Source: Myxococcota bacterium
GTDB lineage: Bacteria; Myxococcota_A; UBA9042; PHBI01; JACKFB01
NCBI GenBank assembly: GCA_051747385.1
Contig: JBNJGB010000032.1
Location: forward strand, 8,152 to 72,151
Length of the DNA: 64,000 nucleotides
Direction of reading: 5' to 3'
A model generated the notes under the pieces. The model did not search any database, had not been told where the DNA came from, and saw only the letters and a list, made by a program, of their open reading frames with translations. Below, one piece after another: positions 19,394 through 28,839 of the stretch; within the stretch, counting starts at the first letter, position 1, and each line of letters begins with the position of its first letter. A program made the position numbers and the translations under genes.

Positions 19394-20860
19394 TCAGCCC
19401 AGGTCCTCCTCGACCTGCTGGACGAGGAGCCTCTGGAGCTCCACGCGGAGCTCCGAAGGCGGGTCGTGGGGCTTCTTGCGGAGGGCGGTCAGGACCTTGT
19501 GGATGGCCTTCCGGCGGTCGTCGGGGACGTCGTCGCTGGGCTTGGGGAGGGCGGCGAGGACCTCCTGGGCCTCCTCCGTGGGGCGCGCGTGGGCCCAGTT
19601 CCGGACCACCTCGAAGTGGATCAGGGCCCGGTCGAGGAGCACCCAGCCGAAGTTCGGGTTCGGGTGCGGCCCGATCCGCAGCCGCCGCTCGCCCCGCAGC
19701 ATCCGCCGCACCGCCAGCGGGCCCCGGTCCATGGACACCTGGGCGAAGCGCCGCCCGAGCTGATAGGCGGCCAGCCCCGCCGCACCCACGCCCCCGAGCG
19801 CCGCGCCCGTCCCCCAGGAGGCGCCGCCGACCGCGGCGTCGATGGCTCCGCCGGCCGTGGCGCCGCCCGCCGCCGACAGGAGCACCAGGGTCTTGGGCGA
19901 CAGGCCGAAGGTGCTCCAGGAGGCCTCGGAGAAGAGGTCCTCCTCGAAGGGGGCCCGCTCGAGCGGCGCGTCCTCGCCGAGGGCGCCGTGGCCGTACAGC
20001 GCCTCGATCCGGCGCCGGGCCTTCGCCTCCTGGCGGGACAGCTCCGCATGATACCGCTCGTAGAGCTTCTTGCGGAAGCGCTCGGCGTCCTGGCCCTCCG
20101 GCAGGGTCACCTCGGCGGTGTAGGCCACGGCGTCCACGACCAGGTCCGCGAGGACGGCGGCCGCCTCGAGGTTCCGCTGGCGCCGCTGGGCCAGCAGCGC
20201 GTCCACGGCGCGGCGCATGGGGCGCCGCCACGCCTCGTCCAGGGCCGCGAACGTGCGCAGGATCTCGACGCGTTGCGCGAAGGTGGCCCGGTGCGCGTCG
20301 AACTCCTCCACGGTCGAGAAGTACTGGGACAGGGCCGCGCGCCAGCCCTCCACGTGCCGCTCCACGCGCTCCGCGGCGTCGCTCTCCGGGTGGCGGATGC
20401 GGTTGATGAGCGCCGTGCTGGGCCGCGCCGCCCACTGCAGGACCTCCATCTCGGCCTCGGCCCGCGGGCGATAGGGCTGGGTGCCGTCCACCACGTAGAG
20501 GATCCCGCCGCCGTCGATGATCGGCCGCAGCGCGCGGACCTCCATGCCGAACTCGCCGGTGCCCTCGAAGGTCTCCACGAAGCGCGCCAGGGTCTCCGGG
20601 CGATCCGCCGCCGACGCGGAGTGGCTCACCAGCCACTCGCGGGCCCGGGGCGCCTCCTCCAGGCCGGGGGTGTCCACGAGTCGGAGGACCACCTCCCCGT
20701 CCACCTCGATGGGATAGCCGCGGGTCGTGGTGGTGGTGCCGGGGCGCTCCCCGATGGCCGGCCCGCGGCCCGGGCGGAGCTCGGCGAGGGTCGCCACCAC
20801 GCTGGACTTGCCCTTGTTGGTGCGTCCCACGACCACAAGGGTCGGCGCCTCTTCGCTCAT
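19394..20860 (-). CDS. P-loop GTPase with C-terminal membrane-associated region (DUF3482-like)
   Basis: 488 aa from MSEEAPTLVVVGRTNKGKSSV (G1 GxxxxGKS) and DTPG (G3). The C-terminal half is Gly/Ala-rich and hydrophobic. The ORF part upstream of this Met is R/P-rich junk. Confidence 0.65.
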   Translation of the reverse strand: MSEEAPTLVVVGRTNKGKSSVVATLAELRPGRGPAIGERPGTTTTTRGYPIEVDGEVVLRLVDTPGLEEAPRAREWLVSHSASAADRPETLARFVETFEGTGEFGMEVRALRPIIDGGGILYVVDGTQPYRPRAEAEMEVLQWAARPSTALINRIRHPESDAAERVERHVEGWRAALSQYFSTVEEFDAHRATFAQRVEILRTFAALDEAWRRPMRRAVDALLAQRRQRNLEAAAVLADLVVDAVAYTAEVTLPEGQDAERFRKKLYERYHAELSRQEAKARRRIEALYGHGALGEDAPLERAPFEEDLFSEASWSTFGLSPKTLVLLSAAGGATAGGAIDAAVGGASWGTGAALGGVGAAGLAAYQLGRRFAQVSMDRGPLAVRRMLRGERRLRIGPHPNPNFGWVLLDRALIHFEVVRNWAHARPTEEAQEVLAALPKPSDDVPDDRRKAIHKVLTALRKKPHDPPSELRVELQRLLVQQVEEDLG

Positions 20861-22359
20861 GGGCCCTCTCCGAGGGGCTGCACGTCCAGGTACGGATCCG
20901 TCATGGTGCCCACCATGCGCCGCCAGCGCGAGACGTCCCCGGGATACGGGGGCTCCACCTGGTCGCCCGCGATCTCGCCCGCGAGCGCGACCACCACCGG
21001 CACGGTGTCGCCCACCCGCGCCCGGATGTCCTCGAGGAACCGGCGCAGCGCCCGGTCCGGCTCTTCGAAGGCCTCGGCGACCAGGACCACCATCTCCACG
21101 TCCTCGGCGGTCTCCAGGCTCTCCAGATCCGCCAGGTCCTCGCGATAGTCCCGTCCGCCCGCGCGGCGGAAGCCCGCCACCGAGGCCCCGGTGGCCCGCC
21201 GGACGGCCCGGGCCAGGGCGTCGTCGCCTCCCGGGAAGCCGCCCCAGCGGATGCCGTGGGCCGTGCGCGTCGCCGCGCCGGCGGGGTGGGCGTACGGCTC
21301 CGCGGGCAGGGCGCCGTCCTCCTCCGCTCCGGGCTCCGGGTGTCCGGCCACGCGGGGGGTCTCGAGGCGTCGCACCACGCGCTCCACGTCCGGGCTGTCG
21401 AGAGGGAGGCGGCGCAGGTTCCTGGCCAGCGACCAGCGCCCAGCGGCCCACAGCAGCAGGCGCGGGAGCAGCCCCCAGGTCACCGTGGCGGCGACCAGGA
21501 AGCGCCACCACGCCCCGGCGAGGGCGGCGCCCCGAGCCGCCGTGAACGCGCCCTCGAAGCGGCTGAAGCGCGTGGCCTCCACCAGGGAGAGGTCCGGCAC
21601 CGCCGACGGGACGAGCCATGCCCACGGCGCCGCGATGGCCTGCACGATCGAGTGCATGAGGTCGGCGCCCACCTCGAGGGTCGTGCTCCAGGCGAAGGCC
21701 AGGTCGCTCAGGGCCACCAGGCGCAGGGTGCAGGCCAGGAGGCCCACGTTGAAGGCGATCCCGAGCGCCTGGACGAGGCCGAACGCGAGCCAGCCCTCCA
21801 GCCGGGCGTACAGCTTGCGCCGCGCCCGCAGCCTGTGGAGGACGTCCCGCAGGCGCACCACCTTCTCGTCGGCCGGGCGGCCCAGGCGGTCGGCCAGCCT
21901 CTCCAGGGCCCACCCGACCCCGGTCCGGAGATCGTCGAGGAGAGGCACGGCGCGGTACAGGCCCGGCGCCCAGCGCCACGCCGCGAGGCCGAGGACGGCC
22001 ACGACGACCGAGAGGACCTGCAGCACCACGGCGACGGCCAGGTAGCTCAGCACGTTGATGGGTTGCTGCCCGTCGTAGACCAGCAGCGCCGCGGCCACGC
22101 CCCAGCCGATGCCGAAGCCGCCCACCACGAGCAGCACCCGGAGGAGCCGCGTCGCCCGGAGGAGCCGCTCGCCGACCGAGGGGCCGTGCCCCTCGTCACG
22201 GAGAGCCAGGAGCCAATCCGCCAGCACGTCCCGCCGGGATCGTCCCTCCACCGGGACCCCGAGCGCCCGGTCCCGTTCGTGGAGGGCGCCGGGATCCTCG
22301 TCGCGATCCGCGTGCAGGCGCGCCTCGAGGTCGAGGAGCTCGGGGAGGGACAGGGGCAT
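20857..22359 (-). CDS. membrane protein, conserved partner of the GTPase (DUF2868-like)
   Basis: 500 aa from MPLSLPELLDLEAR, with several TM helices. Its stop overlaps the GTPase start (ATGA). Confidence 0.6.
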   Translation of the reverse strand: MPLSLPELLDLEARLHADRDEDPGALHERDRALGVPVEGRSRRDVLADWLLALRDEGHGPSVGERLLRATRLLRVLLVVGGFGIGWGVAAALLVYDGQQPINVLSYLAVAVVLQVLSVVVAVLGLAAWRWAPGLYRAVPLLDDLRTGVGWALERLADRLGRPADEKVVRLRDVLHRLRARRKLYARLEGWLAFGLVQALGIAFNVGLLACTLRLVALSDLAFAWSTTLEVGADLMHSIVQAIAAPWAWLVPSAVPDLSLVEATRFSRFEGAFTAARGAALAGAWWRFLVAATVTWGLLPRLLLWAAGRWSLARNLRRLPLDSPDVERVVRRLETPRVAGHPEPGAEEDGALPAEPYAHPAGAATRTAHGIRWGGFPGGDDALARAVRRATGASVAGFRRAGGRDYREDLADLESLETAEDVEMVVLVAEAFEEPDRALRRFLEDIRARVGDTVPVVVALAGEIAGDQVEPPYPGDVSRWRRMVGTMTDPYLDVQPLGEGP

Positions 22360-22440
22360 CGCGGGGAGGATAGGCCGAACCGCGCGCCCCGTGTAGTTCC
22401 ATCCTCCCCACATGCGATGTGGGCGCCGGCGACCGATCTC

Positions 22441-23295
22441 CTACTGGTACACGTGCGCGCTCTGCTCCGCCGTCGGCAGGAGCTGCATGCCCAGGTAGGT
22501 GAAGACCACCGTGGCGAAGCCGACCACCGTCAGGACGGCGCCCGTGCGCTCGCTGAAGCCCTTCGTGAACCGGAGGTGCAGGTAGATGAGGAACACGAGC
22601 CAGCTCACCAGGGCCCAGTTCTCCTTCGGGTCCCACACCCAGTAGCTGCCCCAGGCCACCTCGGCCCAGATGGCGCCGATGACGAGGCCGATGGTCAGCA
22701 GGATGAAGCCGAACTGGATGGCGCGGTGCATGAAGCCGGCGTACGACATCTCCTGCGAGCCGCCGCCGGGGGTCTGCAGCTCCACCGTGGTGTCGGGCTT
22801 GAACAGGTGCATCACCGCGGCCAGGAAGGCGAGGAACATCGCCCCGTAGCCGAGGAAGTAGACCACGACGTGGGGGACGAACCACACGCTCTGCAGGGCG
22901 GCGGGCAGGTTGACCACCTCCACGTCCGCCTTGGCCAGCGCGTACCCGTAGATGCCGGTGATGAACAGGCTGGTGATCGCCCCGAACCAGGCGATGCGGT
23001 AGAAGCGCTCCACCGCGATGTAGACGAGGGCCGTGCACCACGAGAACAGGAGCAGGGACTCGTGCAGGGTCTTGAAGGGCGGCCGCCCGTAGGCGATCCA
23101 GCGGTCGACGATGAGCGCGGTGGCCACGCCGAAGGCGGCCAGGAACAGCAAGGAGGCCACCCGGCGCAGGATCGGCGACGGCGCGTGGCGTCGCAGGGAG
23201 ACGCCGCCGTAGGCCGCGGCCGCCAGGAGGAACAGGGCCACGGCCCCGATGAACAGGGGCCCCTGGTCCCGGATCGGGTCCATCAGCGTCGTCAT
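22441..23295 (-). CDS. ccsA: cytochrome c-type biogenesis protein CcsA/ResC (system II heme handling)
   Basis: 284 aa from MTTLMDPIRD with GAGGAGGTG RBS. WWD domain WGSYWVWDPKENWALVSWLVFLIYLH and conserved His residues. Confidence 0.8.
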   Translation of the reverse strand: MTTLMDPIRDQGPLFIGAVALFLLAAAAYGGVSLRRHAPSPILRRVASLLFLAAFGVATALIVDRWIAYGRPPFKTLHESLLLFSWCTALVYIAVERFYRIAWFGAITSLFITGIYGYALAKADVEVVNLPAALQSVWFVPHVVVYFLGYGAMFLAFLAAVMHLFKPDTTVELQTPGGGSQEMSYAGFMHRAIQFGFILLTIGLVIGAIWAEVAWGSYWVWDPKENWALVSWLVFLIYLHLRFTKGFSERTGAVLTVVGFATVVFTYLGMQLLPTAEQSAHVYQ

Positions 23296-25355
23296 GCCGT
23301 CACCTCCTCGGGCTGCGCGGACGAGGTCGATCGTGCGGGCGAGCGGCGGCGCCGCCACCAGGGCTTCCAGCGGGCGAGCGCCACGGCCTGCAGCACGCCG
23401 AACACCAGGAGCCACATCCCGAACTCCACCAGCGGGAGGCCCGGATCGTAGACGACCTGGACGCCCGAGTACTTCGGATTGTCGGGGTCGAAGTTCGACT
23501 GGTACAGGTCCACGCCCGCGTACCGGAGCGGGTCGTTGACCCGGATGACCTCCGTCAGGACGGGCTCGCCGTCCTCGAGGATGGTCAGGGTGCTCTTGTA
23601 GTTCTTGATGCCGTCCGGCTTCTCCCGGTAGACGACGAGGCGATCCTCGCCGAGGCGGATGGGCTGGTTCCGCTCCGCGAGCAGCAGGCGCTCCCGGGGC
23701 TCCTGGCCCGGCCGCGTGACGACGACCTGGGCGGCCGCCCGGACGGGGCCGTCCGGCCTGTCGACGAACTCGGTGCGCGGGGTCGCGTTCCGGATGGGCT
23801 CGTGCACCACGGCGGTCATGGAGTCCGCGACGCCGGTCAGGTCGAGGGGCTCACCCCACTCCACGTCGCCGCGGCCGACCACGCGGCCCCCCTCCACGTC
23901 GAGGCGCTCTCCGGTGTCGGCGACCAGCACGACCGCGTGCGGCGCGCCTGCGCGGCCGGGCTCGTACTCGTAGCGGAGGTTCGCGCCGCCCCCGTGGTCG
24001 CTCCCCGCCATCTGGCCCTTCGCGAACAGGTAGCGGGTCTTCACGTCGGCCGGATCCTCGCCCTCGGCGTAGATCTTCACGCCCAGGGCCGGGTTGTTCG
24101 GCTCGTTGGACCGGGTCGTGGCCTTGCCGGTCTGGATGTCGAGGTTGAACTCCGGGTAGAAGCCGCCGACGGCCAGCTCCTTCCCGTCGGGGAGCGCATG
24201 GGTCTCACCCGGCTCCACCTCGACGCGGTCGCCGCCGGGCGTCGACAGGACGTGCTTCGCGGGCCGGTCGCCCCGGCCGAGCTGGGACAGCACGTCCTCG
24301 GAGGGCTCCTGCCAGGCCAGCACCAGCTCGAACCGCCCCTCGGTGTCCCGGTAGGCGGCCGGCTCGCCGCTCTGCGAGGCCAGCCAGACGCTGCCCTCGT
24401 CGCCACCCTCGGCCATGTCCACCCGCACGGCGGGCCGCGGCGTGGCGTCGGGGGCCGCGCTCCGATCGGGCACGAAGGAGCGCTCCGGGGCGATGCTGCG
24501 GAAGACCCGCTCGACGGTCACGCGCGTCGCCGTGTCCTTCGGCGGGGCGCCCACCTCGGTCCCCGGCTCGGCGGGATCGGACTCGATCAGCTCGAAGTCG
24601 CCCTCCGCCTTGCGCTCGTAGGTGTAGAAGCGGAACTCCGGCTCGTAGCGGTCGAGCTCGAAGGCGTCGAGGCGCACGGTGAAGCCCAGATCGATCTCCC
24701 GCGGCAGCGGGTCGTCGGGGGTCACCTCCGTCGGGAAGGCCGACGCGGACTGCCCGGTCTCCAGGTGGAGCATGCCCTTCTCGCCGCCGATCATGCCCAC
24801 GAGGCCGCCGAGCAGGACCAGCACCACGGCGATGTGCGTGGCCATGCGCCCGATGTGGCGCCACTTGAGCAGGGCGCGGCGCCGGACGATGATCGTCGCC
24901 ACCGAGGTGAGGGCGAGCAGGAACAGGTTGAAGACGAAGGGCAGGGAGTGGAAGAGGTCGTCGGCGTGCAGGTTCAGCAGCACCGGCGCGAGGGCGCCGT
25001 ATCGGTCGTGGAACTGGGACGCGTCGACGTTCTGGATGATGAGCGTGCCGGACATCGTCCCGACGAGCAACGCCGTCAGGATGACGATGGCAGCCTCTGC
25101 GGACGCGAGATAGCGGAGCGTGTTCCGCCAGCGCGCGTGTCGCGCGATCCAGAGGATGGCCGCGCCGCCCATGGCGACCTGGACGACCGTGAAGGCGTTC
25201 GCCGTGCCCTCGACGAGGGACTGGAACCCAGCCGCCCCGAGCAGCAGCAGGACGAGTCCGAGGGTCGCCTGCCTCCAGGTCGGCTTGCCCCGCCGCCTGC
25301 GCGAGGCCTTTCCCCGTCCCTTGCGGGCGCCTCGCTCTCCTGTCCGAGCACTCAT
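23292..25355 (-). CDS. ccsB: cytochrome c biogenesis protein ResB/Ccs1 (CcsB)
   Basis: 687 aa from MSARTGERG (AGAGGAGA RBS). N-terminal TM helices, a large periplasmic domain, and C-terminal TM with ...LYQSNFDPDNPKYSGVQVVYDPGLPLVEFGMWLLVFG. The stop overlaps ccsA start (ATGA). The remainder of the 1698-aa ORF is junk. Confidence 0.75.
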   Translation of the reverse strand: MSARTGERGARKGRGKASRRRRGKPTWRQATLGLVLLLLGAAGFQSLVEGTANAFTVVQVAMGGAAILWIARHARWRNTLRYLASAEAAIVILTALLVGTMSGTLIIQNVDASQFHDRYGALAPVLLNLHADDLFHSLPFVFNLFLLALTSVATIIVRRRALLKWRHIGRMATHIAVVLVLLGGLVGMIGGEKGMLHLETGQSASAFPTEVTPDDPLPREIDLGFTVRLDAFELDRYEPEFRFYTYERKAEGDFELIESDPAEPGTEVGAPPKDTATRVTVERVFRSIAPERSFVPDRSAAPDATPRPAVRVDMAEGGDEGSVWLASQSGEPAAYRDTEGRFELVLAWQEPSEDVLSQLGRGDRPAKHVLSTPGGDRVEVEPGETHALPDGKELAVGGFYPEFNLDIQTGKATTRSNEPNNPALGVKIYAEGEDPADVKTRYLFAKGQMAGSDHGGGANLRYEYEPGRAGAPHAVVLVADTGERLDVEGGRVVGRGDVEWGEPLDLTGVADSMTAVVHEPIRNATPRTEFVDRPDGPVRAAAQVVVTRPGQEPRERLLLAERNQPIRLGEDRLVVYREKPDGIKNYKSTLTILEDGEPVLTEVIRVNDPLRYAGVDLYQSNFDPDNPKYSGVQVVYDPGLPLVEFGMWLLVFGVLQAVALARWKPWWRRRRSPARSTSSAQPEEVTA

Positions 25356-25565
25356 GATGATCGTCTCCTCTGCGACCGTGTCCCGGCGCCGACTCCCGGC
25401 GCTCCCCGAACCCAGCGTCCCTTCGCGACGCACGGGCACGCCCTCCCATCGCAAGTTCGGGGCCAACTCGCTCAGAGGCCGTCCTTTCGGGCCTGGAAGC
25501 CTGCAATCCCGGGATCCCGCGGCCCGCGTGCCGGCGGATCTGGGCGATCTCGCGCGGATCGGGCG

Positions 25566-25583
25566 CGTGTGATTTGGCACACG
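25566..25583. promoter_or_regulatory. 18-bp palindrome CGTGTGatttggCACACG (Crp/Fnr-like half-sites) in divergent ccsB/CNB-aminotransferase intergenic region
   Basis: Perfect 6-bp inverted arms with a 6-bp spacer, about 148 nt upstream of the 25731 start. Confidence 0.3.
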
Positions 25584-25730
25584 TCCGGGAGGTGTGGGTG
25601 AGAACCACCAGGCAGGTGCGCCGTCCCACACGCCGCTGGCGGCGGCCAGGCAGCAGCGGCAGCAACGTGAGGCGATGGGCGCCCGGTCCGCCTCGTGGTA
25701 GAGCGGGAGGGAGCGAGACCGGGGGATGGC

Positions 25731-28127
25731 ATGCAGACGACGACCACGACCCTCCGGGCGCGCGGAGCCGCGCTGGCGGCACGACTCCGGGACCTGAACG
25801 CGCGCCTGGCCGGGCCGTCCCGGGCGACGACCGCCGACGCGCCCGACGAGGCCGAGGCCCTCGCGACGCCCCGCCCCGCGCTGGACGCCCGCCTCGCGGA
25901 ACCGGACCTCCTCCCGTTCTTCCGGGGCTTCACGCTCGATGAGGCCCGGCGCCTCGTCGACCGGATGACGCCATGGACCCTCTCGCGCGGGCTGGCCCTG
26001 TTCCGCGAGGGGCGCCCGGGAGGCAGCGCGTTCGTCAGCGCCCGCGGCGCCCTGGAGGTCAGCATTCGCCGCGGCGCGAGCCGGCACCAGCTCGCGGTCC
26101 TGGGCCCCGGGCGGATCTTCGGCGAGGTCTCCCTCCTCGACGGCGGACCCCGGACGGCCACCGTGACGGCCCGCGAGGACAGCGCCGTCCTGGAGCTTCG
26201 CCGGCAGGACCTGGACCGCCTGGTGGACGAGGACCCCGCCCTGGCCGCGAAGCTCCTGCGGGCCCTGGTGGAGACCGTGGCCGGCGCCCTGCGCGACGGC
26301 GACTCGGCGCTCGGGGATCCCGCGACCCAGCCCCGGCTCGCGCTGGCCGCGAGCACGCCTCCGGTCGGCCGGCCGCCGGCTCCTCGCGAGGAGCGCTTCG
26401 AGCGCGACGCCCTCGTGGAGCGCATCCGCGCCTCGGTCGTGGGGGACGGCGAGGTGCTCCAAGGCCCGTTCGGGCCCTGCCGCATGGTCTATGCGGACTA
26501 TACGGCCTCGGGGCGCTCCCTGGGCTTCATCGAGGACTTCATGCGGTCCGAGGTGATGCCCCTGTACGCCAACACCCACACCGAGGCCTCGGGCACCGGC
26601 CGGCAGACGACCCGCCTGCGCGAGGAGGCCCGCGGCGTCGTGCACGACGCGGTGGGCGGAGGCCCCGACGACTGCGTGGTCTTCTGCGGCTCCGGCGCCA
26701 CGGCGGCCATCGACAAGCTCCAGGGCCTGCTGGGCCTGAAGCTCCCGGAGGCCCTGGACCGGCGGCACGGGCTGTCGGCCCACATCCCGCCGGCGGAGCG
26801 CCCGGTGGTCTTCGTGGGGCCGTACGAGCACCACGCCAACGACGTGTCCTGGCGCATGACCGTGGCCGACGTGGTGATGATCCACGAGGCCCCGGACGGC
26901 CGCATCGACCTGGACGAGCTTCGCCGGGCGCTGGAGGAATACCGGGATCGCCCGTTCCGCATCGGCAGCTTCTCGGCGGCCAGCAACGTGACCGGCGTGC
27001 TCACGGACACGGTCGCCGTCACGCGCCTCCTCCACGAGCACGGCGCCCTGGCGTGCTGGGACTACGCGGCGGCGGGCCCCTACCTGCCCATCGAGGTGAA
27101 CCCCGACGGCGATCCCCTCGCCGCCAAGGACGCGGTCTTCCTGTCCCCGCACAAGTTCGTGGGCGGGCCGGGGACGCCCGGGGTCCTGGTGGCGAAGCGG
27201 GCCCTGTTCGCCAACCGGGTGCCGGTGGTGCCGGCGGGCGGGACCGTCCGCTACGTCTCCCCCACCGACCAGGACTTCCTGGACGACCCCGTGCACCGGG
27301 AGGAGGGCGGCACGCCGGAGATCCTCGGGTCCATCCGCGCCGGCCTGGTCTTCCAGCTCAAGCAGGCGGTGGGGACCGAGACCATCGAGCGCCTCGAGCG
27401 CGGGCTCCTGCAGCGAGCCATGGCCCGGTGGCGCGACAATGACCGCATCTGGATCCTGGGCCCGGTGGATCGGCCGCGCCTGTCCATCGTGTCGTTCGTG
27501 GTCCGGCACGGGCTCGGCTACCTGCACTACAACTACGTCGTGTCGCTCCTGAGCGACCTCCTCGGCGTCCAGTCCCGTGGGGGCTGCTCCTGCGCGGGCC
27601 CGTACGGCCACAACCTCTTCGGGATCGGCCCCGACCTGTCCCGGCGCTATCAGTCGCAGATCGCCTGCGGCCACGAGGGGGTCAAGCCCGGCTGGGTCCG
27701 CGTGAACTTCAACTACTTCCTGAGCGAGGCGGTCTTCGAGTACCTCGTCGAGGCCGTCGACCTGGTGGCGCGGCACGGCTGGCGCCTCCTGCCGTTCTAC
27801 CGCTTCGACCCGGAGACGGCTCAGTGGCGCCACGTGGACCAGGCCGCCTCCGACAGCCCCGTCGTGAGCCTCCGCGCGCTCCGGTACTCGGCGGGCGTCC
27901 TGGAGTACGCCTCCGACCGCGCCGAGGAGCCCGAGGCCGTGCTGCCGGGCTATCTGGACCGGGCGCGCCGCATCCTGGAGACCGCCGCGGACCGCCTGCC
28001 GCCCGAGCCCCCCGACGACGCGCACGTGGCGAGGGAGTTCGGGGACCTCCGCTGGTTCGTGCTCCCCTCCGAGGCCTGGCGCGAGCTTCGCGACGGCGGA
28101 GGGGCGGGAGACTCGGGCGGCCGGTAG
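25731..28127 (+). CDS. cyclic-nucleotide-binding domain fused to class V aminotransferase (cysteine-desulfurase-like PLP enzyme)
   Basis: N-terminal CNB fold (FRGFTLDEARRLVDRM...GRIFGEVSLLDGGPRTATVTAREDSAVLELRRQDLDRLV). C-terminal class V fold with a PLP-Lys motif (LSPHKFVGGPGTPGVLVAK). An in-frame ATG at 25695 is an alternative start. Confidence 0.75.
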   Translation: MQTTTTTLRARGAALAARLRDLNARLAGPSRATTADAPDEAEALATPRPALDARLAEPDLLPFFRGFTLDEARRLVDRMTPWTLSRGLALFREGRPGGSAFVSARGALEVSIRRGASRHQLAVLGPGRIFGEVSLLDGGPRTATVTAREDSAVLELRRQDLDRLVDEDPALAAKLLRALVETVAGALRDGDSALGDPATQPRLALAASTPPVGRPPAPREERFERDALVERIRASVVGDGEVLQGPFGPCRMVYADYTASGRSLGFIEDFMRSEVMPLYANTHTEASGTGRQTTRLREEARGVVHDAVGGGPDDCVVFCGSGATAAIDKLQGLLGLKLPEALDRRHGLSAHIPPAERPVVFVGPYEHHANDVSWRMTVADVVMIHEAPDGRIDLDELRRALEEYRDRPFRIGSFSAASNVTGVLTDTVAVTRLLHEHGALACWDYAAAGPYLPIEVNPDGDPLAAKDAVFLSPHKFVGGPGTPGVLVAKRALFANRVPVVPAGGTVRYVSPTDQDFLDDPVHREEGGTPEILGSIRAGLVFQLKQAVGTETIERLERGLLQRAMARWRDNDRIWILGPVDRPRLSIVSFVVRHGLGYLHYNYVVSLLSDLLGVQSRGGCSCAGPYGHNLFGIGPDLSRRYQSQIACGHEGVKPGWVRVNFNYFLSEAVFEYLVEAVDLVARHGWRLLPFYRFDPETAQWRHVDQAASDSPVVSLRALRYSAGVLEYASDRAEEPEAVLPGYLDRARRILETAADRLPPEPPDDAHVAREFGDLRWFVLPSEAWRELRDGGGAGDSGGR

Positions 28128-28226
28128 CGTGAAGTGCGCGCCGGGGTTTTTCTCGTAACACTTCGACGCGGTGATGGCTCTCCCCTCTGAACGTGGTGCG
28201 CCCGCACCCCAAGCGAATGGAGCTCC

Positions 28227-28319
28227 ATGGACCTCGAGACCCTGGGATTCCTCGGCTTCCTCTTCGTCTGGATCCTGCTCCAGGCGGTGATCCTGCCGAA
28301 GATGGGTGTCCCGACCTGA
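28227..28319 (+). CDS. possible 30-aa hydrophobic micro-protein (MDLETLGFLGFLFVWILLQAVILPKMGVPT)
   Basis: GGAG RBS 4 nt upstream of the ATG and a single predicted TM helix. It is below the size cut-off of the ORF track. Confidence 0.3.
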   Translation: MDLETLGFLGFLFVWILLQAVILPKMGVPT

Positions 28320-28435
28320 ACGTCGCCGAACGCATGCACGCCCGGCGGGCGTGACCGAAAGAGGCGACGCAGCGGAGAGACCGACCACCAGGGGCGCGAA
28401 GACGCCCCCGAGAGACGGGCGGAGGGAGACGCCTG

Positions 28436-28639
28436 ATGCGGATGTACGACTTCGAGTGCGAGTCCTGTGGACATCGCTTCGAGGAGCTGGTCCGGGGCAC
28501 CCCGGACGGCTCGGAGATGCGATGCCCCGCCTGCGAGCACGTCGGTGCCCGCAAGCTCATCACCGGCTTCTCGGTGGGGCAGAGCCGCGGCAGCGCCCCG
28601 GCGCCGAGCGCCGGACCCGGCTGCTCCGGCTTCACCTGA
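28436..28639 (+). CDS. FmdB family zinc-ribbon protein
   Basis: MRMYDFECESCGHRFEEL...EMRCPACEH (CxxC...CPxC) plus a Gly/Ser/Ala tail. GGAGGGAG RBS. Confidence 0.7.
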   Translation: MRMYDFECESCGHRFEELVRGTPDGSEMRCPACEHVGARKLITGFSVGQSRGSAPAPSAGPGCSGFT

Positions 28640-28839
28640 GGATTCTGACCCGGGTGGCGTGACCACCCGCCAAGGTCAATACGTGTCGCCCTCGCAGCCT
28701 CCCGAGTCGACTGCGGGGGCGTCGTCCGTCGTGTCCCCTTCGCAGCCGCCGCTGTCAGAGGCGTCCGTGTCCGACCGCAGCCCCTCGGAAGCCGGGTGAC
28801 CTTGTTGACAGCCCCGCCGGGCCGCGATAGCGCCGCGCC

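Noticed and set aside
28128-28170. Intrinsic terminator after the CNB-aminotransferase gene (GCGCGCCGGGG followed by TTTTT)
   Set aside because: The T5 run is present but no convincing complementary stem could be paired upstream, only a weak GAAGTG...CACTTC pair with a 23-nt loop.
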